Translations under genes and position numbers: made by a program | Notes under the pieces: generated by a model | What the model saw: the letters and a program-made list of their open reading frames with translations, nothing else | Databases searched by the model: none | Told to the model about the DNA's origin: nothing | Shown: positions 1 through 12,632 of the stretch, one piece after another | Numbering within the stretch: the first letter of the stretch is position 1 | Layout: each line of letters starts with the position of its first letter | Assembly (NCBI RefSeq): GCF_009914755.1 | Contig: NC_060925.1 | Source of the DNA: the human T2T-CHM13v2.0 reference genome, Homo sapiens | Direction: 5' to 3' (one strand) | Length of the DNA stretch: 64,000 nt

Positions 1-1427
1 AAGGTGCACAGCTTTAGCTTGAAGAGTATAATCAAAGTTCTTCAAATGCAGGGACCATGGCTTCTCAGATGCTTTAAATCTAGCCTGTGCTGCTCACTTA
101 TATGAAACCACGGGGCTCTTTGCTTTTCCTGCACTTTGGCCACGTTTTATCGTTTAAAAATTTATCTCAGAAGAATTCAATCACACAGCTGGCACACAGC
201 AGCAGCTGAACCTCATCCAAAGCTCAGACAGGACTCTTTAGAATAATAGTACACATAAGCAAAAACATCTGTTGATTGCCAAATTGTTTACTTGCCTTTC
301 CTTCGCCACCTGTAAATTGCAGGAGGGCAGGTGCCATGCTTCTTTTGTTCAAATCTGCATCCTCCAGGCAGCATCTATTCCACTCTAGAATATTTACTAG
401 CTGAGTTAATACATTGATTTCCCATTACTGTTGGAAATGTTGGCAAAGTCCCACAAATTGGTAGAATTCCTTTTGCTTGGAGCCTGATTTGTTCCAGGCT
501 TGGGTTGGGTTCCTTTTTTTACTGCTTTTCCTCTCATCAAAAAGGAAAAATTCACATCTTCTTGTATGGTTAGGCCTAGAAAGGGCTGGAATAACCTCCA
601 GCAAAGCTAAATACTTGTTCTAGAGCAAATTCATCCCCAGGAATATAATTTGTGCTGATGGCCTAGGGTTCTGATTTCTTAGAAGAGTCCATGGCATTTA
701 TCAGGCTCGATGGCATCAAGGAGTAGCTGTGAATCAACAGAGTCCCAGAAAAACACACACATTTTCACACCCTCTGGAAAAAGTCTTTTAGGATAGAGAA
801 GCCAATATGGCAGGCAAATTAGGTGCCCACATGAGAGACATCTGGCCAAGATGTAGCTCAATGCTTGCATTGAGTAGGTTCTAGACACCCCTTTAAGGGG
901 TTACATGAATTCAGTAAGTGAATACTCTGAAACTCTGGAGTGTTTAACACCTGTCCCCAAGCTGGAATAAGCCAACATTGCCTAACGTGGATTCTCAGTT
1001 CATCATCCCATCCTGAGGTCCTTTCTCTAGAAACACTCAGCCACATCGTTTTGACTCTACCTTGGGCCATGCCCACTTATCCTTCTCCTCTCATGGGAAG
1101 AGGCGGCAACATCTACTGCAGTGTGACCAGGAAAAAAAGCATTGTCTGCTTTTTTCCATTAGCCTTATATCTGTGCACAAGAAATCCCCTACCGCAGCAT
1201 CAATGAAGCGTCTCCCTTTCTTCTACCTGTTCTGCAAGGTGCAGCGTTATTCTTTCCTCCTTCAGAAAGAGTTCCCTGACATCCTCAACTTACAGCAATT
1301 TATCTTCTCTATGACTGTCACTCAACACTGTCCTAAGCATTTAACATTGAATCATACATTGTCTTCAGACACTTCTTGGATGCCACTGGTTATTTTATTG
1401 TTTATTTTTAGGTATCTTACCATCTAG

Positions 1428-2190
<763 letters not shown>

Positions 2191-2539
2191 TGTTCATACA
2201 GTGTACTGGCATTTTGGACTTTTTTTTTTCAAATAAGTTAACCTAGTGGAAACAACAAGGGACTAGGAGGAAGGATTTCTGAATAATCATCTGCCTGTTG
2301 AGTCAACCAGGATTCTAGTGATATGAAAAATTGTTTGGCACTTTTATTATCAAAATTGTTACACTTTTCAGCTTGATCTTGTCAGAACACACTGAATTAC
2401 AATCACCTCACTGATACCTGGCCTCACAAACCATCAGCAAGAAAGTTAGGAAGTTCTGGAGAGTGAGAAGCAGGAAAAAACTTGGACTTTTCTATAAAAT
2501 AGTAGTTCGTATACCTTCATTAAAAAACGTGAACATCCA

Positions 2540-2902
<363 letters not shown>

Positions 2903-3039
2903 CTAAAAATCCAGGTACAACAGTGAAAAGTCTGAGACCAAGCAGGTAAAATGCTCAGCGGAAGGCTATTCCCACTCTTCTGAACATGGAAAGGTGAAAG
3001 GAAAAAGACAAAGGAAAAAGAAATCCCTTTACAAATTTC

Positions 3040-3401
3040 ACGATTGTCAGAATGTTTGTGGCCCCCTCCACATTCGTATGTTGAAACCTAATCCCCAGCT
3101 CGATGGTGTTAGGAGGTGGTGTTTTTAGAAGGTGACAAGATCAAGAGAGAGGAGCCCTCATGAACGGGATTAGTACTTTTATCAAACATGACTAAGGGAG
3201 ATTGCTTGCCCTTCCCCCAGGTGAGGACACAGGGAGAAGGCACCATCTAGGAACCAGGAAGCAGGTCCTCCAGGCATCAAATCTGCCAGTGACTTGATCT
3301 GGGACTTTCCAGCCTCCAGAATCGGGAGAAATAAGTTTCTTTGTTTGTAAGCTACCTAGTTTATGGTCATTTTGTTATAGCAGCCTAAATAGGCTAAGAC
3401 A
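3040..3401 (+). mobile_element. MaLR solo LTR (MLT1A-like)
   Basis: GAATGTTTGTG...GTTGAAACCTAATCCCC, GGAGCCCTCATGAACGGGATTAG, CCAGCCTCCAGAA, ends GGCTAAGACA. Confidence 0.85.
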
Positions 3402-4053
3402 AAATGCATATAAGTAATACCTATTTCATTTAGTGTTTTCTTATGAGCAAATGCATTTTATCTTTTTAATGAAATTTTTATTGTACCCTTAGAAGATCTT
3501 TGAAATGTTTTTGAGAAGCCCAACAAGACATCATTACCTCCCTACACAGTGTATTCATTATTTGCCTGTTCAAAATTTTCAAATGCTCATCCTGCATTCA
3601 CGAAAAGTGTACCTGCCATTCCAGAAAGGTAGTCCCTAGAGATTGGAAGCTCCCTATGGCCACTGCGACACCCACTCCCTACTATCACAATTTAGGGCTC
3701 CCCTTTAGGATAGAATTTAGAGAAAATGCAGAGACATAGGCTCCTACTTATCCCATAGCTGCAGAATGACACCTGTCCACCCCTCTCTCATAAAAGAAAC
3801 AAGAAAAGTGTTGTGAACTGCTTATCTTTCTTTGTCTCTCCCAACACCAGTTTTAACCCCTAGTCCTATCTTCCCGTACTACCTATGTATTTTTGCCTGG
3901 CCATTGGATATGTTTAGCCTCACCCACTCCTTCTCAGCCTCACAGTTGCAGCTAATTCAGGCAGCAGGGCTAGGAGAGCTCAACGTGCGCTGGTGATTAG
4001 AGACCCTTTAAAAGAGTCACATGGACAAGATGATACTTTCAAATTTAACTTCA

Positions 4054-4361
<308 letters not shown>

Positions 4362-6299
4362 TTAATCTCAAGCAAACCCACTCAGTCTAACAGTCATAAA
4401 GCATGTAGGGATGGCTTTCAGCTTCTAATACTGTTTCAAAGGTTTCTGTTTCAATAGACTTAAATTGATGTTGGCAGAGGAAAAAAAAAGAAAAAAATGA
4501 GGTCAAGGCACTGAGAAAAAGAAACCATCACTTTCTAAAACCACCCAAGATTGCTAAGCATTTGCATATATGAAAAGAGACACAGGGGAAAACATATTTC
4601 ATCTGTAAAATGTTTACATTAATTTCTATTAAGGTATTATGAACTACGAAATCATAAGAGTTTCTAACGCTGAAAAGTGGCTGTAATAGAAAGGAAATTA
4701 AGGAGAGAGTGGTAAAATGTGAGTGCCCTTAAGTAGGGTAGCAGCCATTGTAGATCAGAGTGTGTTCCAGGGTCTAACATATCTAACAGAAAGCTTGAAG
4801 TTTGTTTCCCAGACAAGCCTGAATTACAGAGAGAGCTGACCGGATGCCCTGAATCTTTGCAGATCGTCACAGTTTACCCTTTCCGGTTCTATCCCTGGGA
4901 CCATCTATTTCTTTTCTTCAGCTGTCAGGAATTATGTATGTGCCTGTTCTTCTTTTTTACCACAGGAGGGAGCCCCAGCACAATCAGGGTATAGTTCTCC
5001 AGCTTTTTCTCCAAGTGGAGAAATGACTTTTTAATCACCTGTTAAAAATACGGGCGTAAATGCCTCCCAGCAGAAACGAATGTGATCAATCAGTTGTTCA
5101 AAATAAGCTTCAGAAGCTGCCCTCCAACTCAAACTGCTCAAGTTTTTCACATACATCTATGTGTGCATGGAGTGTGACTGTTATGTTTATTCTCTTTTAC
5201 CTATTTTAATGCCAGAATTTGCAAATCATTTGAAAGGCTTTATTTAGATGAAGATAATCCAGATGCAAATTCTAAGCATTAAGATACTTGATTTTTTAAC
5301 TAATGACTTTCATCACATGGAGCTCACTGGATTGATTTATACCTGAATTAAAAGCAACCTGTAATTTATCTTCTACGCCCCAATTTTTTTGACATAAAGG
5401 ACCGTCCCAAGTAAGAAGTCTTCTGAGGCAGGTTGCCAAAGAGATTTAGTGATGGTGAAACAAGCAGCTTAATGAAGTGAAATCTCCTTATTAACCTTTG
5501 ACCAAAGTCACACCTGTACCCATTCCTTGTTTCAGGTCTTACACACCTTAAAGGCAGCAGCCAGGTTCAGTTCTAATTTGCCTCTGAAGAATTCAGTGCA
5601 AGCCTGTTTAGAAAAGTGATTATCCTTCAATTTGTAGGCAATGAGGTAGGCGCTTATATGGACTCCCAGAAGGCATCAATCAGACATAGCACTTGTCCCA
5701 GAAGGGAGCTTCATGCCCAAATCAATACAGGAGTTCACTTTATATGGCATTTCTACAAGGCTGTGTAAGGTGTCTTAAAGTCAAATGCAGCTACAGCCAT
5801 GAGGGAGAAAAGAGATCTGATCAACAGAAGTGTCCCAAAGATGGTCCTTGAACCGCAGTTATGTAAAGTTCCACTCTGTCCAGGCAGGTGTGCTACACCA
5901 GTTGTGGTGCGGGATAGAGCCGGGGTGGGGACAGAAGGGCCAGCTCCCCCCATGCCACTGTGCCCCAGGGCAGAGCCCTAGGAGTCCAGGAATTCTAAAT
6001 TTGAACCTGTCCTTCCAGGACATTACAAAGAAATACTTCACAGGTAGGAGGATGGGAACATATTTTATTTAAGAGTGTGTCAGCTTGATTTATAAGCTTC
6101 ATATATTTAGGTACATGGAATTTTCTCCTGACCCCAACCAAGGTTGGAGTGGATCTGTTCCCTCCCCTCCTTACTCCGCCTTGCAATCAAAAGCATGCAT
6201 TAGTTTGGTTCCATTCAGTGACTCTGAGCTGGGTTTCTGAGGGGATGAGAATGGTAGAGACCTTCAGATAAGGCTTGCTAGCCACTGGCTACAGGTGAC

Positions 6300-6473
6300 G
6301 ATTTACAAAGTTTTAATTAATTCAGATTAAATAAAATTTAAGATCCAGTTCCTTAGTCACACTAGCCACATCTCGAATGCTCAAGAGTCCCATGTTGCTG
6401 GTGGCGACTGGACTGAAAGGCACACATTTAGAACATGCCCATCATTGCAGAACTTTCTACTGGACAGTGCTGC
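6300..6473. mobile_element. MER3-like hAT-Charlie DNA transposon remnant
   Basis: CAGTTCCTTAGTCACACTAGCCACAT...AGAACATGCCCATCATTGCAGAAC...CTGGACAGTGCTG resembles MER3. Confidence 0.75.
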
Positions 6474-6648
6474 CCTAAAGAACTCTAAAAAGAAAATAAA
6501 ATCTGTTTAGATTTAAAGTGACTGAAACATCTGCAGGCTGAGTGCGCAAGTCAGCAAGCAAGTTTGCATATTTAGAATTACTGTGTGAGCTGTCCATGAT
6601 TGATATTAGGCATTATAAAAGGTATCATTTGTTTGGTGATGGTCTATA

Positions 6649-6895
6649 TCAGAGACTGCAAACTGGCCACCTGAGGGATGAATATTGGCTTCTGCTGTGT
6701 TGTGAACAAAAGGTGGGAAGGACTTCATTAAAATCTAGTTTTCTGATTTCTTTTGAAACATCAGAAGATCTGGCCCCTGTGAGACTGCATTTCCACGCTG
6801 GAACACAGACCTGGAGTCCAGAAGCAGCTTTCTTTTCAGAAGGAGTGAGTGCTCTTCAGGTTACCAAAATCCCCGCCCGACATTGCGTCCGTAAC
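6649..6895. mobile_element. MER102-like hAT remnant
   Basis: CAAACTGGCC start and GAAACATCAGAAGATCTGGC...CTGGAG resemble MER102. Confidence 0.55.
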
Positions 6896-7065
6896 ACTAT
6901 TTCCTAATTCCTTCCATATGCGCAGTTGAATGGGAAAACAAGAATGTCTCTAGCTTTGCAAAAAGGAAAATCTCTATGATAAAACATGACAAAAGCTGCC
7001 GAGAACACTCTCGCTTATTCTGTTTCTCTAAATAAATTCCATCATCCACTTATCCAGGGGGTCTC

Positions 7066-7828
7066 TGGGCTCCCTGTCAAACCGGAGAAGCCACGTCTCA
7101 TGTTAAAAAACATATGTTTTCATGTTTTGTGGTGATGGGAATTCCTAGTGAACTCGAAACAGACAATGGTCCAGCCTATTGTAGTAAAGCTTTTAAAAAT
7201 TTGCTTGATCAGTGGCATATTAAACATATTACTGGTATTCCTTAGAGCCCACAAGGCCAAGCTATTGTAGAAAGAAGTAAGAGAACTTCAAAATTACAAT
7301 TACTTAAACAAAAAGAGGGGGATAAGGAGTTGTCTACCCCTCACATACAACTAAACTGGCATTGCTCACGTTAAATTTTCTTAATATTCCTAAATCTAGT
7401 TCTGTTACTGCTGCCGAAAAACATTTCTTTGGTAACCATCCTACAGTAAACCGAGGAAGAGAAGTATGGTGGAAAGATCTAATATATGGTCAAAAGTTTC
7501 TATTTTAACGTGGGGAAGAGGTTATCCTTGTGTTTCCCCAGGTGAACGTCAATCTCCTGTTTGGATTCCTGCTAGACACCTAAAATTGTGTCCTGAAAAT
7601 GCATGCAACAACAAGACAGAGAAATTTGCTGAAAAAGCACCACAGCAAGAAACAACTAACACACCCAATCATCAAAAAGAAGAAAATGACCACGCTAACT
7701 CCTTTACAACAGACAATCCAGTCAGACATCCCGAACAACTTGTCTCCAGCGATCCAGGTCCGGCTCAACCTCTGCCTCCTCCTGGTTACACTGATCCTTC
7801 TACCCTCTGTCACTCCACAGACTGTTAA
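7066..7828 (+). pseudogene. pol: Retroviral pol remnant (integrase core and C-terminal domain), disrupted
   Basis: Translates [16 protein letters not shown]...TDNGPAY...HITGIP*SPQGQAIVER (TAG at 7243-7245) and, after frameshifting, LTWGRGYPCVSPGERQSPVWIPARHL. Confidence 0.92.
7521..7541 (+). promoter_or_regulatory. env splice acceptor
   Basis: GTTATCCTTGTGTTTCCCCAG|G lies in the WGRG..CVSPG codons, where HERV-K(HML-2) has its env acceptor; the first downstream ATG is the env start at 7599. Confidence 0.75.
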
Positions 7829-8918
7829 AAACTATACATATTGGGCCTATATTCCTTTTCCTCCTCTTATTCAAGCCATGACAGGGATGGACGCTCCTAT
7901 CGAGGTCTATGTTAATGACAGTATTTGGATGCCTGGTTCTGTAGATGATCGTTGTCCTGACCAACCTTCAGAAGAAGGAACCCCTTTCAATATCACTTTA
8001 GGTTTTAGGTATCGACCTTTGTGCCTGGGACCCACTAATGGATGTCTCTCATTAGATATTCAAACTTGGGCTGTCACACTACTGTCTGGTCACTCTGTCC
8101 CTCCTTTAGGACACATGGTATCGGGGCTCTCATTAAAACCTCTGAGGCAAATCAAAACAGGAATCACTGATTATATTCACACATTCCAATATAAGCCTTT
8201 AGGACCTGCATGTCCTCTCAACTTGTCTTCAAATGCTGACAAATTAATATGGAAAGATTGTGTTAGCTCAGAAGGAACTGTGTTATTTAATTCTTCTCAC
8301 TACACCATTGTTGATTTGGCTCCCAAAGGTCATATTACTAATAATTGCTCTCAAGGTCACAAAGATTGCCAACATTTTCTCTATAATATTACTTATCAAA
8401 TAAGTAGTGACAACCCTCCCCTATTATATTGTACATTTAACTCCTTTTTTCCTCTTAAGTGGAAAGGGGCAGGGGTTGCCCCTCCAAAGCCAAGGCTCAT
8501 TGTTCCCCACTTAGGACCTGAACATTCAGAATTATGGAGATTAACAATAGCTATGACTGGTATGAGAGTTTGGGCTGGAGAAAGTGTTATAAGTAAATCC
8601 ACCTTGTCACCTCAAAATATGTATACTATCTATATGGAGTCCAACAAAACTATACCACTTAAAAGTTGTGTTAAACCACCATATATGTTATTAGTAGGAA
8701 AGATGCATATTAGTTCAAAAACTAACATAATTACCTGTGTTAATTGTTACTTGTATACTTGTATTGACTCATCCTTTAATCAATATCATAGTATTTTAAT
8801 AGTCAGAGCCAGAGACGGTATTTGGCTCCCCGTAGCCTTACACAGGCCTTGGGAATCTTTCCCTTCTATCCATGTTATTAACAATATTCTACAGAAAATT
8901 CTTAAAACGAGTAAATGA
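7599..8918 (+). CDS. env: HERV-K(HML-7)-type Env signal peptide plus complete SU, 439 aa, terminated at the furin site
   Basis: Hydrophobic signal LNLCLLLVTLILLP; NYTYWAYIPFPPLI, EVYVNDSIWMPG, GPEHSELWRL, SCVKPPYMLLVG, CVNC, ARDGIWLPV match HERV-K SU; ends ILKTSK* where RSKR is expected. Expression unknown. Confidence 0.85.
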   Translation: MHATTRQRNLLKKHHSKKQLTHPIIKKKKMTTLTPLQQTIQSDIPNNLSPAIQVRLNLCLLLVTLILLPSVTPQTVKNYTYWAYIPFPPLIQAMTGMDAPIEVYVNDSIWMPGSVDDRCPDQPSEEGTPFNITLGFRYRPLCLGPTNGCLSLDIQTWAVTLLSGHSVPPLGHMVSGLSLKPLRQIKTGITDYIHTFQYKPLGPACPLNLSSNADKLIWKDCVSSEGTVLFNSSHYTIVDLAPKGHITNNCSQGHKDCQHFLYNITYQISSDNPPLLYCTFNSFFPLKWKGAGVAPPKPRLIVPHLGPEHSELWRLTIAMTGMRVWAGESVISKSTLSPQNMYTIYMESNKTIPLKSCVKPPYMLLVGKMHISSKTNIITCVNCYLYTCIDSSFNQYHSILIVRARDGIWLPVALHRPWESFPSIHVINNILQKILKTSK

Positions 8919-9614
8919 TTTATTTTTACATTAATTGCAATAATAATGGGCTTCATTGCTATTACTGCGACTGCTGCTACTGCTGGAGTTGCATTACATC
9001 AGTCTATTCAAACTGTTCATTTTGTGGATAAATGGCAAAAAAATTCTACTCGGATGTGGAATTCTCAGTCAAGTATTGATCAAAAATTGACTAATCAAAT
9101 TAATGATCTAAGACAAACTGTTACATGGATGGGAGATAGAATCATGAGTTTAGAACATAGATTACAAATGCAATGTGATTGGAATACTTCTAATTTTTGT
9201 ATAACTCCGTTTCAATATAATAAGTCTGTTCACAATTGGGAATCAGTAAAACGCCATTTACAAGGAAGTGAAGATAATTTAAGTTTAGACATAAGCAAGC
9301 TAAAAGAACAGATTTTTGAGGCCTCTCAAGCACACTTACCTGCTTTACCCGATGCTGAAGTTTTAGACGGTATCTCTGAGGGGTTATCTAATCTTAACCC
9401 CATTCAATGGGTAAAATCTTTGGGAGGATCCACTATCGTTAATTTTGTTCTGTGTATAATTTGTGCTACTGGTTTATTGTTCATGTGTAAAATTGGAAAA
9501 AATATTCTTCAATCCAATTGTGATCAGCGCCAAGCTATGATTGCTATGGTTCATTTAAATCAGAGAAAAGGGGGAGACGTAGGGAGACCCCCTGAAACTA
9601 TTGCTATGGAATAA
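8919..9614 (+). pseudogene. env: Env TM subunit, open and in the same frame as SU but behind the premature stop
   Basis: Fusion peptide [11 protein letters not shown], heptad [25 protein letters not shown] loop, membrane anchor; reads into the LTR as in HML-2. Confidence 0.9.
9562..9577 (+). other. Polypurine tract
   Basis: AGAGAAAAGGGGGAGA immediately before the LTR. Confidence 0.9.
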
Positions 9615-10449
9615 AAGATGAAATGCTTCTGATTATTGTAAATACAAAATTGCACGCAGGATTGTGTAAAGACAATTCCAGGTTGGACTGCCAGAACGAG
9701 CCAACAGCGCGTGATGTGCTTCCCCCTACAGAGAGCCTATGAGTGGAAGCGCAGTCAGGGAGGTTTCACATCACCAAGATTCCTATCCCAGAAAAGCAGA
9801 TGTTCATAGCTCTGGGAATGGAATGTGACTCTTGTGGAAAGCCTATAAAGGGATGCATGGGGGGCGCCTGTCCATATGGATAAGATAGGGCTATAAACGC
9901 CCTCATCTTGCCGCGGCTCTTCTAGGTCTCTTTAGGGTTAAAGCATACTCCCTTCTGAGAATTTCTGGTCTAACCAGTTGTCTAGCTTCATGTCCTGTTT
10001 CCCTGGATTGTTTGTAACCAGCTTTTGTTGCAATTGTTACTGCTGATTAATATCTTGCTAATCATAGGTTATGGAAAGACTGTGTTTCTGTTCTAAGGCT
10101 CTGTTAGAAATTACTGACACACACACTATATTGTAAATTCTTATCTCTGTATACTGTACTTCTACATAAAATGTTATGTTAAAGAATTACTTCATCCCCA
10201 TGTGACCATCTCACCTCATAATCAAATGACCCTAAATCCCTCACTAACCTACCCCCGCCCTCACTAAACTTAATCATAAATGCTGGTATATCCAGTGCAT
10301 TGTTGGCACCACGGGACCAGAGGTGGTGACCCCCCTGGACCCAGCTCTCACTATCTTGTGTGTGTCTATTATTTCTCAACCTGCCGATCCGCCTAGGAAC
10401 AAAGAGAGAGCCCCGTTGCATTGCGGGCTGCTGGCCAGATCCCGCAATA
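9578..10449 (+). mobile_element. 3' LTR, MER11D-like (~870 bp)
   Basis: Starts (C)GTAGGGAGACCCCCTGAAACTATTGCT and ends GGCCAGATCCCGCAATA, matching my recollection of MER11D; follows the PPT. Confidence 0.85.
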
Positions 10450-10620
10450 GGATTAGTGAATTACAAAATCAGAAGGTCAAACTTCATAATTTCTTATAGT
10501 CCCATGTTCAACACTCTAGGCTTTCAAACTTGATTTGAGAATGAAAGGAGGAAGGAAGAAGATAATAAAGACATCATACTCTTCCTCTCTATCTACTGCC
10601 TTCTGCTCCTCCCTATACAG

Positions 10621-10665
10621 ACACACAAACAACACATACATACATACACACACATACACACACAT
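10621..10665. repeat. (CA)n/(CATA)n microsatellite
   Basis: Directly visible. Confidence 0.85.
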
Positions 10666-10829
10666 CCCCAAGTGTAATGGGGCTGTGAAAAGGTCTAGTT
10701 ACACATAAGAATGAGCACACTTCTGAATAAAATTTTCAGTAATATTTGGGAATATAGTGCCAAAATATCCCAATCATGCACAAGTCTCTTCATTTAAAAA
10801 TCTAGTCTTATGTCCATGAATTATACTCA

Positions 10830-11150
<321 letters not shown>

Positions 11151-11579
11151 GAGCAGGGACTTTATCTGTCCTGTTCAATATCAGCACATAGCCAGTACTC
11201 AGTTCTCAATAAGTAGTTTGTTGAATAGAATAGAACCCTGACAGGGAACATCCCATTTTCTTAGAAATTCTAAGTCTCTGCCATATCCCCCTTGATCTCA
11301 ACCTGGCATAGTGATATTTTATATTGATTTATTCAACACACAGTTGAAGGCCTTTTATGTGCTGGGACTCTGTTGGAGGTGTATTATAGTATGCCGTAGC
11401 TGGTTCTCTAAGTCACAGGTCATATGTTCAGGAAGGGATTGCAATCATGTTAATAATTTGATTTCAAATACCACATTGCCTTTTATTTTTAAAAAGTCAC
11501 ATACATACAATAAATAATTTGTCCATTAATATATATTTCTCAACCTGTCCTACTCCTCTTTATTCTAATGGAAAATCAA

Positions 11580-12632
11580 TAGAGTGATTTATCTTCCTTC
11601 GGGTATATACCCACTAATGGGATTGCTGGGTTGAATGGTAGCTCTGTTTTAAGCTCTTTGAGAAATCGCCAGGCTGCTTCCCACGGTGGCTGAACTAACT
11701 TATATTCCAACCAACAGTGTATAAGCATTCCCTTTCTCCCCAGCCTTGCCAGCATCTGTTGTTTTTTGACTTCTTAGTAATAGTCATTCTGACTGGTGTG
11801 AGATGGTATCTGGTTGTGGTTTTGATTTGCATTTCTCTGATGATTAGAGACGCTAAGCATTTTTCCATGTTTGTCTTTTGAGAAGTGTCAGTTCATGTCC
11901 TTTGCCCATTTTTAGTGGGTTTATTTGTTTTTTGCTTATTGATTTATTTAAGTTCTCAACAGATTCTGGATTTTGGGCCTTTGTTAAATGCATAGTTTAC
12001 AAATATCTTCTCCTATCATACAGAGCTGTATGTTTGCTCTGTTGACAGTTTCTTTTACTGTGCAGAAACTCTTTCATTTAATTAGGTCCCACTTGTCCAT
12101 TTTTCTTTTTGTTGCAATTGCTTTTGAGGGCTTTGCCAAAAATTCTTTGCCAAGACTAATGCATGTGTTGACCAAAAAGACACATGCGCTCATATGTTCC
12201 TCACAGCACTATTCACAATAGCAAAGACATGAAATCAATGTAAATGCCCATCAATGGTAGACTGGATACAGAAAATGTGGCACATATACACCATGGAATA
12301 CTATGCAACCATAAAAAAGAATAAAATCATGTCCTTTGCAGGGACATGGATGCAGTTAGAAGCCATAATCCTAGAGGAATTAACACAGGAACAGAAAACC
12401 ACTTCTAAGTGGGAGCTAAACACTGAGCACACCTCAACATAAAACATGGGAACAAGAGCCACTGGGGACTGCTAGAGTGGGGAGGGAGGAACGGGCGTGG
12501 GTTGAAAAACTACTTATGCTCACTGCCTGGGTGACGGGATCCATACTCCAAACCTCAGCATCCCATGTAAAAAATCTGCACATGGACCCCCCTGTATCTA
12601 AAATAAAAGTTGAAATAAAAAAAAAAAAGAAA
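11580..12632 (+). mobile_element. 5'-truncated, 5'-inverted (twin-primed) L1, L1PA15-17-like
   Basis: 11580-12161 is antisense L1 and 12171-12632 is sense L1 3' end with poly-A; the two pieces are contiguous in L1 coordinates (...AATCACTCTA / ACCAAAAAGACAC). Confidence 0.88.

Larger units (their letters stand above)
7048..10449 (+). mobile_element. 5'-deleted HERV-K-type provirus (HERVK11D / HML-7): partial integrase, env, PPT, 3' LTR
   Basis: Integrase motifs, env colinear with betaretroviral HERV-K env, purine tract, then a complete LTR; no 5' LTR, gag, pro or RT upstream. Confidence 0.92.

Noticed and set aside
8946-9614. Independent 222-aa gene
   Set aside because: It is the env TM subunit in frame with SU; its Met lies within the fusion peptide and there is no evidence of separate initiation
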